A DNA stretch of 64,000 bases from the sequence record ON529853.1; one strand, given 5' to 3'. The stretch's first letter is position 1. Each line of letters begins with the position of its first letter. A program made the position numbers and the translations under genes. This document shows positions 44,433 through 54,200 of the stretch, in pieces. The notes below the pieces were generated by a model, which worked only from the letters and a program-made list of their open reading frames with translations, searched no databases and was not told where the DNA came from.

Positions 44433-44530
44433 GAGGGTCTCTCCATCTGGATGTGATCCAGGCGGGAGACGCGGTTTCGCGCTGGGTGACCGGTGTGGTC
44501 CCCGTCCTGGAAATTACCAGATGCGAGAGT

Positions 44531-44722
44531 TTAGTCGGAGGGCTTGGCCCCGAAGACCGAGGCGATCGCCGTCAAAGCCTTCTTGACCCGGTTGGGTCGC
44601 TGGGTCAGCGCCGAGGCGCAGACCTTCTTGATTTCGTCGAGGGTGAGCGAGGCCGGGTCACGCAGGCCGCGCGCGGCGATCGAGCCGACGCTGGCGGAGG
44701 TGACTTCGGGGGTGGTGCTCAT
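44531..44722 (-). CDS. Hypothetical protein (63 aa)
   Basis: MSTTPEVTSASVGSIAARGL; SD GAGG; directly after tRNA-Asp. Confidence 0.65.
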   Translation of the reverse strand: MSTTPEVTSASVGSIAARGLRDPASLTLDEIKKVCASALTQRPNRVKKALTAIASVFGAKPSD

Positions 44723-44733
44723 GGAAAAACCTC

Positions 44734-44808
44734 TGGCGAGTCCAAGGGGAGTTGAACCCCTCTCTCCACCGTGACAGGGTGGTGTCCTAACCGATAGACG
44801 ATGGACCC
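44734..44808 (-). tRNA. tRNA-Asp(GTC)
   Basis: GGGTCCA/TGGACTC-G-CCA; loop CTGTCAC. Confidence 0.95.
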
Positions 44809-44839
44809 GTATCAGAGGGTCGATCCGCAGGAAGATGCT

Positions 44840-44917
44840 TGGAAGGGCGCCGGAGACTCGAACTCCGCTCACTTGGTTGAAAGCCAAGTATCCTGCAAAC
44901 CGCTAGACGAGCGCCCC
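44840..44917 (-). tRNA. tRNA-Glu(TTC)
   Basis: GGGGCGC/GCGCCCT-T-CCA; loop CTTTCAA. Confidence 0.93.
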
Positions 44918-44951
44918 ATAAAGCACAGGGCGTCGAACACGAGAGCCGCGA

Positions 44952-45017
44952 TTAGGCGGCGGTCGTATCTCGGCCCTGGAAGGCCTCTCGTTCGTAGCTG
45001 GTCAGACGGTAGGTCAT
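44952..45017 (-). CDS. Leaderless short ORF MTYRLTSYEREAFQGRDTTAA
   Basis: ATG lies 6 nt after the -10 of TTGACA-N17-TACAAG (45052-45024). Confidence 0.5.
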   Translation of the reverse strand: MTYRLTSYEREAFQGRDTTAA

Positions 45018-45229
45018 TTGGTGCTTGTAACAGAACTGTCGGTGGGTGTCAAGAAGGACGGCGAATCTTTTTTGGCCTTTCGGGCGGGACGATCTTCCTC
45101 GCCCTCAGGCTCGGCCGCGTCCCAGCCCATCCACAGGGCCGCGAGAAAGGCAGGCGGACCCATCAGGGCTTCCAACCGCTTCAAGGCCCGGTCGTTGGCC
45201 GCCAGGAAGGCGTCGCCGTATTCAAGCAT
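45014..45229 (-). CDS. Possible hypothetical protein (71 aa)
   Basis: SD GAGG before ATG 45229; overlaps a promoter. Confidence 0.4.
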   Translation of the reverse strand: MLEYGDAFLAANDRALKRLEALMGPPAFLAALWMGWDAAEPEGEEDRPARKAKKDSPSFLTPTDSSVTSTK

Positions 45230-45247
45230 GGAACCTCGGAGGATACA

Positions 45248-45669
45248 GGGACAGGCTTCAATGGGCGGCGTTTGACCGCGCCCATCTCGGCGGTAGCAGC
45301 GCACCAGCCCTGCTCGGCTGGCCCCGCCCCTCGTTCCGGCATGTGCCAGGATCGACGGCAAAGGTCAAGGGGGGAATTGCGGTGGGTACAGCTTCAACCG
45401 GCCTTGCGGCCTGCGGGTCTTTCGGGCGTCCTGCCCACCGCGCCTACTACGACGCCTTTTTCGGCCCCGGCGCGCCGGAGAAGAAAAATCGACGGGTGAC
45501 CGCTACCGGCCTCGCCTGCTGGCCCGTCCCAGCGCCTGACCTTCTCGACGCGACGCCCTTGTGGGCGTTATGGCCTTCCCGTCCGAAGACAGACGCCGCG
45601 AAGGGTCAGCGGGACCGCATGATCGTCAGCCGCACGGCCAGCGCAGCGAGAGGTTCAGAGGCCTGTCCC
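45248..45669 (-). ncRNA. Candidate ~420-nt multi-domain structured RNA
   Basis: Terminal 9-bp helix GGGACAGGC/GCCTGTCCC; several nested helices; UUCG and GCAA tetraloops; starts 8 nt after the tRNA-Gly CCA. Confidence 0.6.
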
Positions 45670-45677
45670 GGAAAGAG

Positions 45678-45752
45678 TGGAGCGACTGGTCGGAATCGAA
45701 CCGACGTCCCCAGGTTGGAAGCCTGGTGCTAAGGCCCCTCAGCTACAGTCGC
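45678..45752 (-). tRNA. tRNA-Gly(TCC)
   Basis: GCGACTG/CAGTCGC-T-CCA; loop CTTCCAA. Confidence 0.95.
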
Positions 45753-45766
45753 AGTATAAAACAAGG

Positions 45767-45842
45767 TGGAGCGACTCTCGGGACTCGAACCCGACCCTGC
45801 GCGTTGGCAACGCGTTGTACCCACCCATAATACGTGAGTCGC
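45767..45842 (-). tRNA. tRNA-Gly(GCC)
   Basis: GCGACTC/GAGTCGC-T-CCA; loop TTGCCAA. Confidence 0.92.
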
Positions 45843-45854
45843 ATGGTTAATAAA

Positions 45855-45936
45855 TGGCACGGGTGGAGGGATTCGAACCCCCGACATATGCTGGTTTTGG
45901 AGACCAGTGCCTTGAGCCAGACTTGGCGACACCCGT
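45855..45936 (-). tRNA. tRNA-Trp(CCA)
   Basis: ACGGGTG/CACCCGT-G-CCA; loop CTCCAAA. Confidence 0.92.
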
Positions 45937-45949
45937 GTAAACTTGAAGG

Positions 45950-46474
45950 CTACTTGTAGCGCTCTTGGAGGAACTTGACAACCCGCTGCGGCGTACTTTC
46001 GTCTGCGGTGGTCCGGAAATCGATCCGGTCCCCCAACAGCGCCAGCAGTTTCTTGTCCACCTCCAGGGCCTCCCTCTCGTTGTGGTGGCGGCCGTAGGTC
46101 TGATAGGCGGACGCCGGTCGATCGAGCCAGACGTTGACGTTCTCGTAGGAATCAAAGAGGTCGAAGACCTCCTGGTGGAACTCCGGCTGGGCGTAGTCGC
46201 CCTGGCCGTAGATGCAGCCCAGCAGCAAGGGGCTGTCGGTCAGAATCCAGTCGACGTGCCCGAGAAACCGTTTCAGCCGCGACGCCTGCTTCCAGGTGAC
46301 GCGCCGTTGATCCGCCAGGGTCGCCCAGTCCTTAGAGACAGAACGCTCAGTGGCGTATTCCTCGACCTGGGCGGCGCGGTAGCCGCCGATCTTCATGTGA
46401 AAGAAGGTGCCGGCCTTGACCGTCGACTTTCCGCCGCACGGGCCGGACCAGAAGTTCAGGACACGCGTCGTCAT
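45950..46474 (-). CDS. P-loop NTPase, NadR/AAA_28-like
   Basis: LNFWSGPCGGKST Walker A; QVEEYA; WILTDSPLLL. Confidence 0.8.
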   Translation of the reverse strand: MTTRVLNFWSGPCGGKSTVKAGTFFHMKIGGYRAAQVEEYATERSVSKDWATLADQRRVTWKQASRLKRFLGHVDWILTDSPLLLGCIYGQGDYAQPEFHQEVFDLFDSYENVNVWLDRPASAYQTYGRHHNEREALEVDKKLLALLGDRIDFRTTADESTPQRVVKFLQERYK

Positions 46475-46545
46475 TCAGCAAACGGACTTTCAACCGGCTG
46501 GCAGGATTCAGGTTTTGCGGGGGTGGCGCAGTGCGCCGGCAGGTC

Positions 46546-46845
46546 TTAGCTGCGCCAGCTTCCGTCGGCGTCGTCAACGACGTCCGTGGAATCCAGGTCG
46601 GCTTCGACCGTCCGGCGCTGTCGACCTCGGCCGCGTCCGCGCGGCGCCTCTTCAGCATCCTCGGGCTCGGCCAAGACGATGAGGGCCTCGACATCGTCGA
46701 CGACGATCTCAACCGGAGCGACGACTTCGACGCGAGTCCAGGGCGTGCGCGACCAGCCGTGCTCAAGCACGAGGTTGCTCGCCTTCGCCGTGGGAACGTC
46801 GAAGGGCTCGCAAGTTTCCGGATGATAAACGCGCTCGGTAGCCAT
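46546..46845 (-). CDS. Acidic hypothetical protein (99 aa)
   Basis: Preceded by TTGACA-N17-TAAGGT (46882-46854). Confidence 0.7.
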   Translation of the reverse strand: MATERVYHPETCEPFDVPTAKASNLVLEHGWSRTPWTRVEVVAPVEIVVDDVEALIVLAEPEDAEEAPRGRGRGRQRRTVEADLDSTDVVDDADGSWRS

Positions 46846-46890
46846 AGTGAGGGACCTTATACGAACTGCACGCGATTGTCAATTATTACG

Positions 46891-47676
46891 TCAATCGAGC
46901 GCCCATCGGAACCATACGGCCTTCTTCTCTCCCGGCGTTTCCGCGTATTCAGCCTCCACGGGCGTGACGAAGTCGTTGAGGAAGGCGCCGTTCAGAAAAT
47001 CGCCCGTCGCCCGATGGCCGAGGATGAAGCGCGGGGGTCCGCCAGGTCCGTAGGTGTCGAACCCTTGACCGATGCGTCCGCCCGCAAGGCGTCGAACCGT
47101 ACACGCGGCCTGGGTCCAGAGGTAGGCGCGGTAGCGGCCGCGCCGCAGGCGCGTGTTGAGCGCCAGGCGCAACATGGACCCGACAGGCGGGGCTGCCTCA
47201 ATGTGGGAGAAGACGAGTTGATCGGCGGCGTCATACAGGCCGATCCGCACCGCGCCGGCGCCGGCAGTCACCCAGACGCCGGCTTCGACCAGGCGAATCG
47301 TATCCGAGGCGACGTAGAAATCTTCAAACAGAATGGTTTCGGGCGGCAGGTCGACATCTTCCGGAGCCCCGTCCAAGGCCAGGCCAGGAACGGCGAACCC
47401 GCCCGGCGGCAAGTCTACCGCCACGACCCCGTCGACGACCGCCAGCGGCGCGAGGTCCGGGTCCCAAACCAGGACGCCGGCCTTGCGCGTCAGGGGCGCG
47501 CCTTGCGGTCCTGCCGCCGGGGCGACGCCGGAGACGGCGGCCGGCAGGTGGATGGATTCAGGGCGTCCCTCGACGCGAATGTGCAGCGTCCGGTCAGCCG
47601 TGTTGTGCCCGACCTGACCCGGCAGCAGATGCGGGCGCGCCTTCGGCGTGGAGGAGTGTTTGTTCTGGACCGCCAT
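46891..47676 (-). CDS. Virion accessory protein (261 aa)
   Basis: TGATG coupling; beta-sandwich-like C-terminus similar in style to the end of the giant Gly-rich protein. Confidence 0.7.
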   Translation of the reverse strand: MAVQNKHSSTPKARPHLLPGQVGHNTADRTLHIRVEGRPESIHLPAAVSGVAPAAGPQGAPLTRKAGVLVWDPDLAPLAVVDGVVAVDLPPGGFAVPGLALDGAPEDVDLPPETILFEDFYVASDTIRLVEAGVWVTAGAGAVRIGLYDAADQLVFSHIEAAPPVGSMLRLALNTRLRRGRYRAYLWTQAACTVRRLAGGRIGQGFDTYGPGGPPRFILGHRATGDFLNGAFLNDFVTPVEAEYAETPGEKKAVWFRWALD

Positions 47677-48287
47677 CAGAGGAACCGCAGGGAAACGACA
47701 TGGTGTTGAGGGGTAGGGGACCAGGGAGACACCGTCCGCACCTGCTCCACGATCATGTTCGACGTCGTCGGCGTGGTCTCGATCGTGTAATGCCCCGGCG
47801 CCAACGAGAGATCAAAACCAGGCTCCAACGTGAGGACGCCATTGATGGCGAAGGCGTGCGTTACGATCATGACGCCTTTTGCATCGAGAAGGCGGGCCGT
47901 CAGCGTGCCCGTCCCGCCTGCGCCGCGCACCCGCATCGCGATCAACTGGGCCGGCTCCAGCAGAGTGATCGAAGCGGTCCGCACCACGGAGCCGAACGGG
48001 AGCAGGCTCACTTCCAGGGGCGCACATCCGGGCAGAACCCACAGCTTGCGATCCATGGGTCGGCCGCCGCCGCCGGCCTGTAGCGGCCCGTGCACGACGC
48101 CGCCCTCCGTCATCAGGCGGACGTCGTCGCCGCCGAGCGTGCGTTCGGGCAGCAGGGGCACGTCCATATCGAACGCATCCGTCCCGACGCCCAGGATGCG
48201 GGCCGCCGGATCGAGCGTCAGTTCGCCCGGCGCGCGCGGCTGGGGCGGGTTGGCCTCATAGGGCGTCAGGTAAATGGTGTCAGGCAT
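47676..48287 (-). CDS. Virion accessory protein (203 aa)
   Basis: MPDTIYLTPYE; ATG overlaps the stop of the giant protein. Confidence 0.7.
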   Translation of the reverse strand: MPDTIYLTPYEANPPQPRAPGELTLDPAARILGVGTDAFDMDVPLLPERTLGGDDVRLMTEGGVVHGPLQAGGGGRPMDRKLWVLPGCAPLEVSLLPFGSVVRTASITLLEPAQLIAMRVRGAGGTGTLTARLLDAKGVMIVTHAFAINGVLTLEPGFDLSLAPGHYTIETTPTTSNMIVEQVRTVSPWSPTPQHHVVSLRFL

Positions 48288-51200
48288 CAGGCGGTCGCCC
48301 ATACATAGGCCACGGCCAACGCCTCTCGGGCGCTTGGCGCGGGCGCGTCCAGCAGGTTGCCCGTATCGGGCGCGGAAAGGTCACCCACCAACGCCATATC
48401 CGAGGCGCGGGATTGCGGGACGCGGCGCGTCGTCAGGACGGGCGCGACGCCCGTGACGGCGATCATCGCCGCGTGCCAGCCGGCCGAGAGCGTCACAGCC
48501 TGTTCGACCGGCTTAGGTCCGACCGCTCCGGCGGCGGATACCTGGACGCTCAGGGCGACATCACCCGGCGTCTGGGTCGCCGGGTCCCATTGACAGACGC
48601 CGAACCGGATCGTTCCGGCGGACGCCACGGCGGTGGTGACGCCGAAGCGACTGAAGCGGGTCTGACGCGGCAGGAAGAACGGTCGGTAGACCACCTTGCC
48701 GACCGGCGGCTGGTCCGCCGAAGCGTCCAGGCCGCAGTCCGTCAGGTAATGATCCCCGGCGCGGGCCGGCAACAGAACAGGCGCGTCGTACACCGGCGCT
48801 GGTGAGCGCCACGTTCCATCCGCGTAAAGGATGTCCCCCGGCGCGCCGCCTTCGGGAGCCACGCCGCCACGCGCGATCCGCCCGAGCGGGCGCGACTGCA
48901 TCGTACCGCTCTGGTCGGTGGCGAAGAGGAGACCGTCGGTTTCGTTCAGGGCGATTTCCAGGGGCTCAAGCGCGACGGGCACATTGCCCTGCACCAGAGT
49001 GCGTTTATAGCGGATCACCACGCCGCCCGATCCCGAAACGAGCACGCCGTCTCCGTCTTCGACGTAGCCTTCCGGCGGCTGGAGGTAGAGCGTCGGCAAG
49101 GCGCCGGTGGCCGAGGTGCCGCCGGAGCCTTCCGATTCAGGCGGCGACACCAGGATGACGGAATCGCTCAGGTCGCCGTCCACGACCGCCGCCGTCAGTT
49201 CGGCGGCGAAGCCGCGCGGCGGGTTCACATAGATGCGGTCGAAGTAGTTGATGCGGACCAAAGCATTCCGGCTAAACGCCGCCTGGGGCGTGCCGACCAG
49301 AATGAGACCCAGATCACGCGAAACGCTCGCCGTCACCTCGATCAGCGGATCGCCGCTCATGCCGACACGGATCGTTGCGAAAGGCCCGCCCGCCTGCCCG
49401 TTACTGACGATGGCGTTCGCCGCGCCCGTCGCGTCACCCACGGCGAACGCGATCGAGATGTCGTTGTCGAACGGCGCCGTCGTATAGGTGACCGGCAGTT
49501 CGCCCAGACCATCGAGCGTGGTGATCTGAATCGGTCCGCCGAAATCAACGGAGGCCGTTTCATTCGGTCCGCGCAGTTCGCCTTGCGGCGCTTCGGTCCG
49601 CACGATCCAGATGAATTGTTGTCCCGGCGTCGGTTTCCAGCCGGCGCTGCCCTCGGCGAACCCGTCCGGCGGGGTCAGGGAGACCACGCTGTCGACCTCG
49701 CCCACCCACATGTCAGCGACACCCATCTCGCCTTCGATCGGCGAGAGGCTGATTTCCAGCGGGTCGAACATCTCGAACCCGGCGCCAAGGATGTAGTTCA
49801 TCGGCTGGAGCGTGACCGCCAGGGTCTCCTCCAACTTGATATTGGCCCCGGCCTCCAGGTCCACGGTCGGCGGGAAGGGGTAGTAGAGGTCCTCGCCCAA
49901 GCCCGTCACGACGACGGCGTCCGTCTGCGGCTGGCCGCCCAGGTCGCCGGAGACGTAGATGGTGGGCAGGTAGGCGCCGATGCCGCCCTGAGCGGTGGCC
50001 TGCGGGTCCATCATGAGGATGGTTTCGCCCAGGTCCCCCGAGCCTTGAGCGCCCATGGAGATGGCGCCCACAGGGGGAACCACAGTGACTACAGGCAGAG
50101 AACCTGAGGCGTTCGCAGCTTTCGAGCCCTCGCCGGCGCCGACCGTCGAGGTCACCTGGACCGTGCCGATGGACGTGATATTGACCAGCGCCGGAATCGA
50201 CAGGCCGCCCTCGAAGACCGACAGGGCCGCCAGGCCAGGTCCGCCCGCAAACGCCGGTTCCACGAAGAAGTTGGGCGTGCCGCCCACGGCGGTGCCCGGC
50301 AGATAGGAAGGATGGTCGGCCCCCGCCGGCGTGCCCGTCGTCGACGTCTGCGTGACGCCGTCCGTCAGCAGTTCCCCGAGGAAGGCCGAGCCGCCGCCGG
50401 CCGCTCCGGACGCCGTGCCATTGTTGCCTGCCGCGCCGCCGCCGCCATAATAGCCGCCGCCGCCGCCCGCCCCGGAGGCGACGCCGCCTGAGCCGCCCGC
50501 ACCGCCTTCGCTGGCTTCCAGCGGGAAACCGTCGCCGCCGCGCAGATAGGCGCCGTTGCCGTTGCCGCCGGTGTTGGTCGCGCCGACGCCGCCTGCGGTC
50601 TGGCTGCCCCCGGCGCCCGCGTACACGGTGCCGCCGAGGCCGGCGCCGCCGCTCAGGCCGCCGCCGAAGCCGCCGGGACGGGCCGCTACGCCCGCGCCGC
50701 CGCCGCCGCCGCCCGCAATCGCCACCAGCACGCCGTTGCGCCAGACACGGGTCGAGCCGCCGCCGGCCCCCATGGCGTAGCTGCCCGCCCCGCCGCCGCC
50801 GCCGTCAGGCCAGCCGCCGTAAGCGCCCATGAAGTCCCTGGGCGTTGCGCCGCCCTGGCCCACTTCGAACCGCAGGTGGTCGCCAGACTGGAACAGGACG
50901 ACACCGGACAGCAGGCCGCCAGCGCCGCCCAGCGAGGTGCGGGCGATCGTATTGTTGACGAGTTGCGAGGCCGAACCGCCGCCGCCCCACAAGGTGAGAT
51001 TGACGCCCCCCTCGAAGGTCGTGATGTAGTCACGAGAGCCTTGGCGGTCTCCCGGCAGGAGGGTCTCGCCGAGCGTCAGCGGGGCCAGAGCCGCGCCGGG
51101 CGCGAACTCCATAACTGCGCGGCCGTCACCGCCTGGAAGGATGGTGGCCTTCAGCGCCTGCGCGCCGCCAACGCCCACACCGGCGACGTAGTCGACGTCG

Positions 51201-54200
51201 TTTTGACGCGGGGGGTTGCGCCCCGCGCCGCTTTCAAGGCGGTGATTGTAAGCCTGCGGACCGCCGTAGCTGGACCCGCCGCCGGCGCCGCCGGCGGTGG
51301 CCGCCGCCAGATTGAGCCCAGCCGCGCCGCCGTAGTAGCCGCCGCCGCCGCCGGGGCCAGCGGCCGCCGCCGCCGCCGTATCAGCGGTCGACCCGTCCGG
51401 GTAGCCGTGGCCGCCGTAAAGGTAGGCTCCGGTCGAGATCGAGGTCGGCAGCCGCGTGCGCACCAATCCGCCGCGATAATCCCGTCCGCCGCCGCCGATC
51501 GTGTTCGACGGGCCAACGCCGGTCACACCAATGCGGGCGCCGCCTGCACCGCCATCGCCGGGGACGGCGGCCGAATACCAGCTATTGCCGCCGCCGCCGC
51601 CGGCCGCCACCAATTGCAGGACGCCGTTGACCCAGACGCGCGAGGAACCGCCGCCCGACCCCGCCAGGTTGGTCCCGGCCGCCTCGTACTTGCCGCCGCG
51701 ACCGCCATCAGGCCAGCCGCCCAGGCCTGCGGCCATGTCCGTCGGCGCCGGCGCGCCGCCGCCCGAGGCGACATCGACTTGAACGATGTCGCCGGGCTTG
51801 ACCAGGAACTCCGCCTGGCTGAAGGCGCCGGCGCCCGCGACCCCAGGCGTCGTGACCGTCCCGCGCACTGCTCCCGAGCCGCCGCCGCCCCACAACTTGA
51901 CCGTCAGGAGGCCGGCGGTGGTGACTTTGAACAACCGTTCGGAACGGATGCAGTCGAGCGCGGTCTTGCCCGTGGGCAGATCGAGCGGGATCAGATAGTT
52001 GAGAACGGCGAGGCCGTCGCCGCCTGGCGCGGGATTCTGGGCCAGGGTGGTGGTGCCGCCGGACCCGAGCGAGGTGCCCGCGACAAATCCAGGGACGCCG
52101 GTCCCGCCCAGCCCGACGACGCCTGACCCGTTCGCGGGGATCAGGTGGGAGCCGCCGCCGGCCGATCCCGCGATGCCTGCGGTGTTCGCCGTGCCGGAAC
52201 CGCCGCCATAGTAGCCGCCGCCGCCGCCCGGTCCGGTCGTCAGGCCGTTGCCCAAGGAGCCCGTGCTGTAGCGGGCGTTGTTGACCCGGAAGCCGTTGCC
52301 GCCCCGGAGATAGCCGCCGCTGTAGGAGGCGTCGGCTGGGGCGGCGGTGTTGACGCCGCCTGCGGACTGCGTGCCGCCGGTGCCGTATTTCAGGTTGAGG
52401 TTGTTGGTGGGGCCGCCGTTGGCGCCGCCGCCCGCGCCGCCGGCCTCGGCCACAGAGGACCCGCCGCCGCCGCCACCGCCACCGCCGGCGACCATAATGA
52501 GGACGTCGTTTTTGTAGAGACGCGTCGAGCCGCCGCCACCGCCCCAGCCGACCGCGCCGGAGAGGCGCGCGCCGTCGCCGCCGTCAGGCCAGCCGCCCCG
52601 GCCGCCGCCGGTCGGGGAGAAGGCTTGACCCCCTTGGCCGACCTCGACCCGCAGGCTGTCGCCAGGGTCGACATCCACGGCCGCACTGACGTACCCGCCA
52701 GCGCCGCCAGCGCGGAACGTGCCGACCGTGGGTCCGGCGCCGCCGCCGCCCCACAGATTGACGTTGATCGTGCCCTTCTGGGTGATCGTGATCGTGCGCG
52801 CCGTCGCCGTATGGCTGAAGACGTTGGTGCCCTGGACCAGAGTGGTCGGCTCAAGCGGGGTCGCCGGAGGGGTCTCATCGAACCGGATGAAGACCTGGCC
52901 GTCTCCGCCCATGGTGACCCAGGGCTGCGTGAGGACGGCGGACGCACTGGCGGGGCGCGCGACGCCCGTGACGTATTCAGGCAGGTCCGCGCCGGGCGGC
53001 GTGACCGTGAGGCTGGCCGTCGCATTGGTGCTGTTCTCAGGCGCCAGCGAGGAACCGCCGCCGCCGCCGCCGGCGACCGTGACAGCGCCAGCGAGCGTAT
53101 CGCAGCCGCCGCCGCCGCCGTAGTAGCCGCCGCCGCCGCCAGGCCCCATCCCTTCGCCGACGGACTCCGGCGACCCGCCGGTCGGATAGCCGTTGCCGCC
53201 CTGGAGGTAGCCGCCGGTGTAGGAAGTGTCGGCCGGGTAGGCCTTGTTGGTGCCGCCCGCCGTCTGCGTTCCGCCCCGCCCATTGGCGAGGTTGCCGTTG
53301 TTGTTCGGGCTGCCCTCTCCGCCCGTCTCGCCGCCGCCGCCGCCGCCCGTCGCCGTATTGAGACCGGCGCCGGCCGCGCCCGCGCCGCCGGCGACCGCCA
53401 GCAGACTGCTGTTGAAGTAAATCCGCGTCGAGCCGCCGCCGCCGCCCCAACCGATCGCCGTGGAGCCCATGGCGCCGTTGCCGCCGTCGGGCCAGCCGCC
53501 CAGACCGCCCGCCGTGGGGGTCGGACCTCGCCCGCCTTGCGCAACCTGGAAGCTGAAGGTGTCGCCCGGCACGACGTTGCGGGTGAACGAAACCATGCCG
53601 CCCGCGCCGCCGTTGGCGAGCGTACCCGTGCCCGCCACGCCGCCCGCACCCGCGCCCCAGGCGCGGATCGTCACCTTACCAGGCTTGGTGGCGGTCCAGG
53701 TCTGAACCTCGGCCCCCGTGTAGAGGCGCGTCCGTTCAGGCGCAACGGTCTGCTTGGCGACAAGCGCCAACACCGCCAGACCGTCGCCGCCATTCGTCGT
53801 GGTGGCGAGGTTCGTGGTGCCGTAACCGCTGGATGCAACGCCCGCAATGTAGTCAGGGTCCGTGGCGTTGGGGGCGCCGTTCGAGCCGGTGGTGGAGGCG
53901 GCGCCGGTCTCCGTGCCGCCCACCTTGCCATTGTTCCAGCGCAGCGTGTAGCCGTCGTATCCGGGATGGACGTAGCTGGAGCCGCCGGCGGACCCCGCGC
54001 CGGAGCCGCCGGAGCCGCCGCCGTAATAACCGCCGCCGCCGCCGCCGCCATTGCGGGTGTCAGCGGTGGTCCGATCCTGCCCCTCGCCGTAGCCGTGCCC
54101 GCCGCGCAGCAGCCCGCCCGTGGCGACCGCGTCGCCGTAGCGGCCGACCGCGAAACCGCCCGCCGCCTGGGAGCCGCCTGCGCCGTAGTTGGCGCCGCCG

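Noticed and set aside
45248-45669. RNase P RNA
   Set aside because: Terminal helix fits, but the conserved GAGGAAAGUCC and CCCGGCUUA elements are absent.
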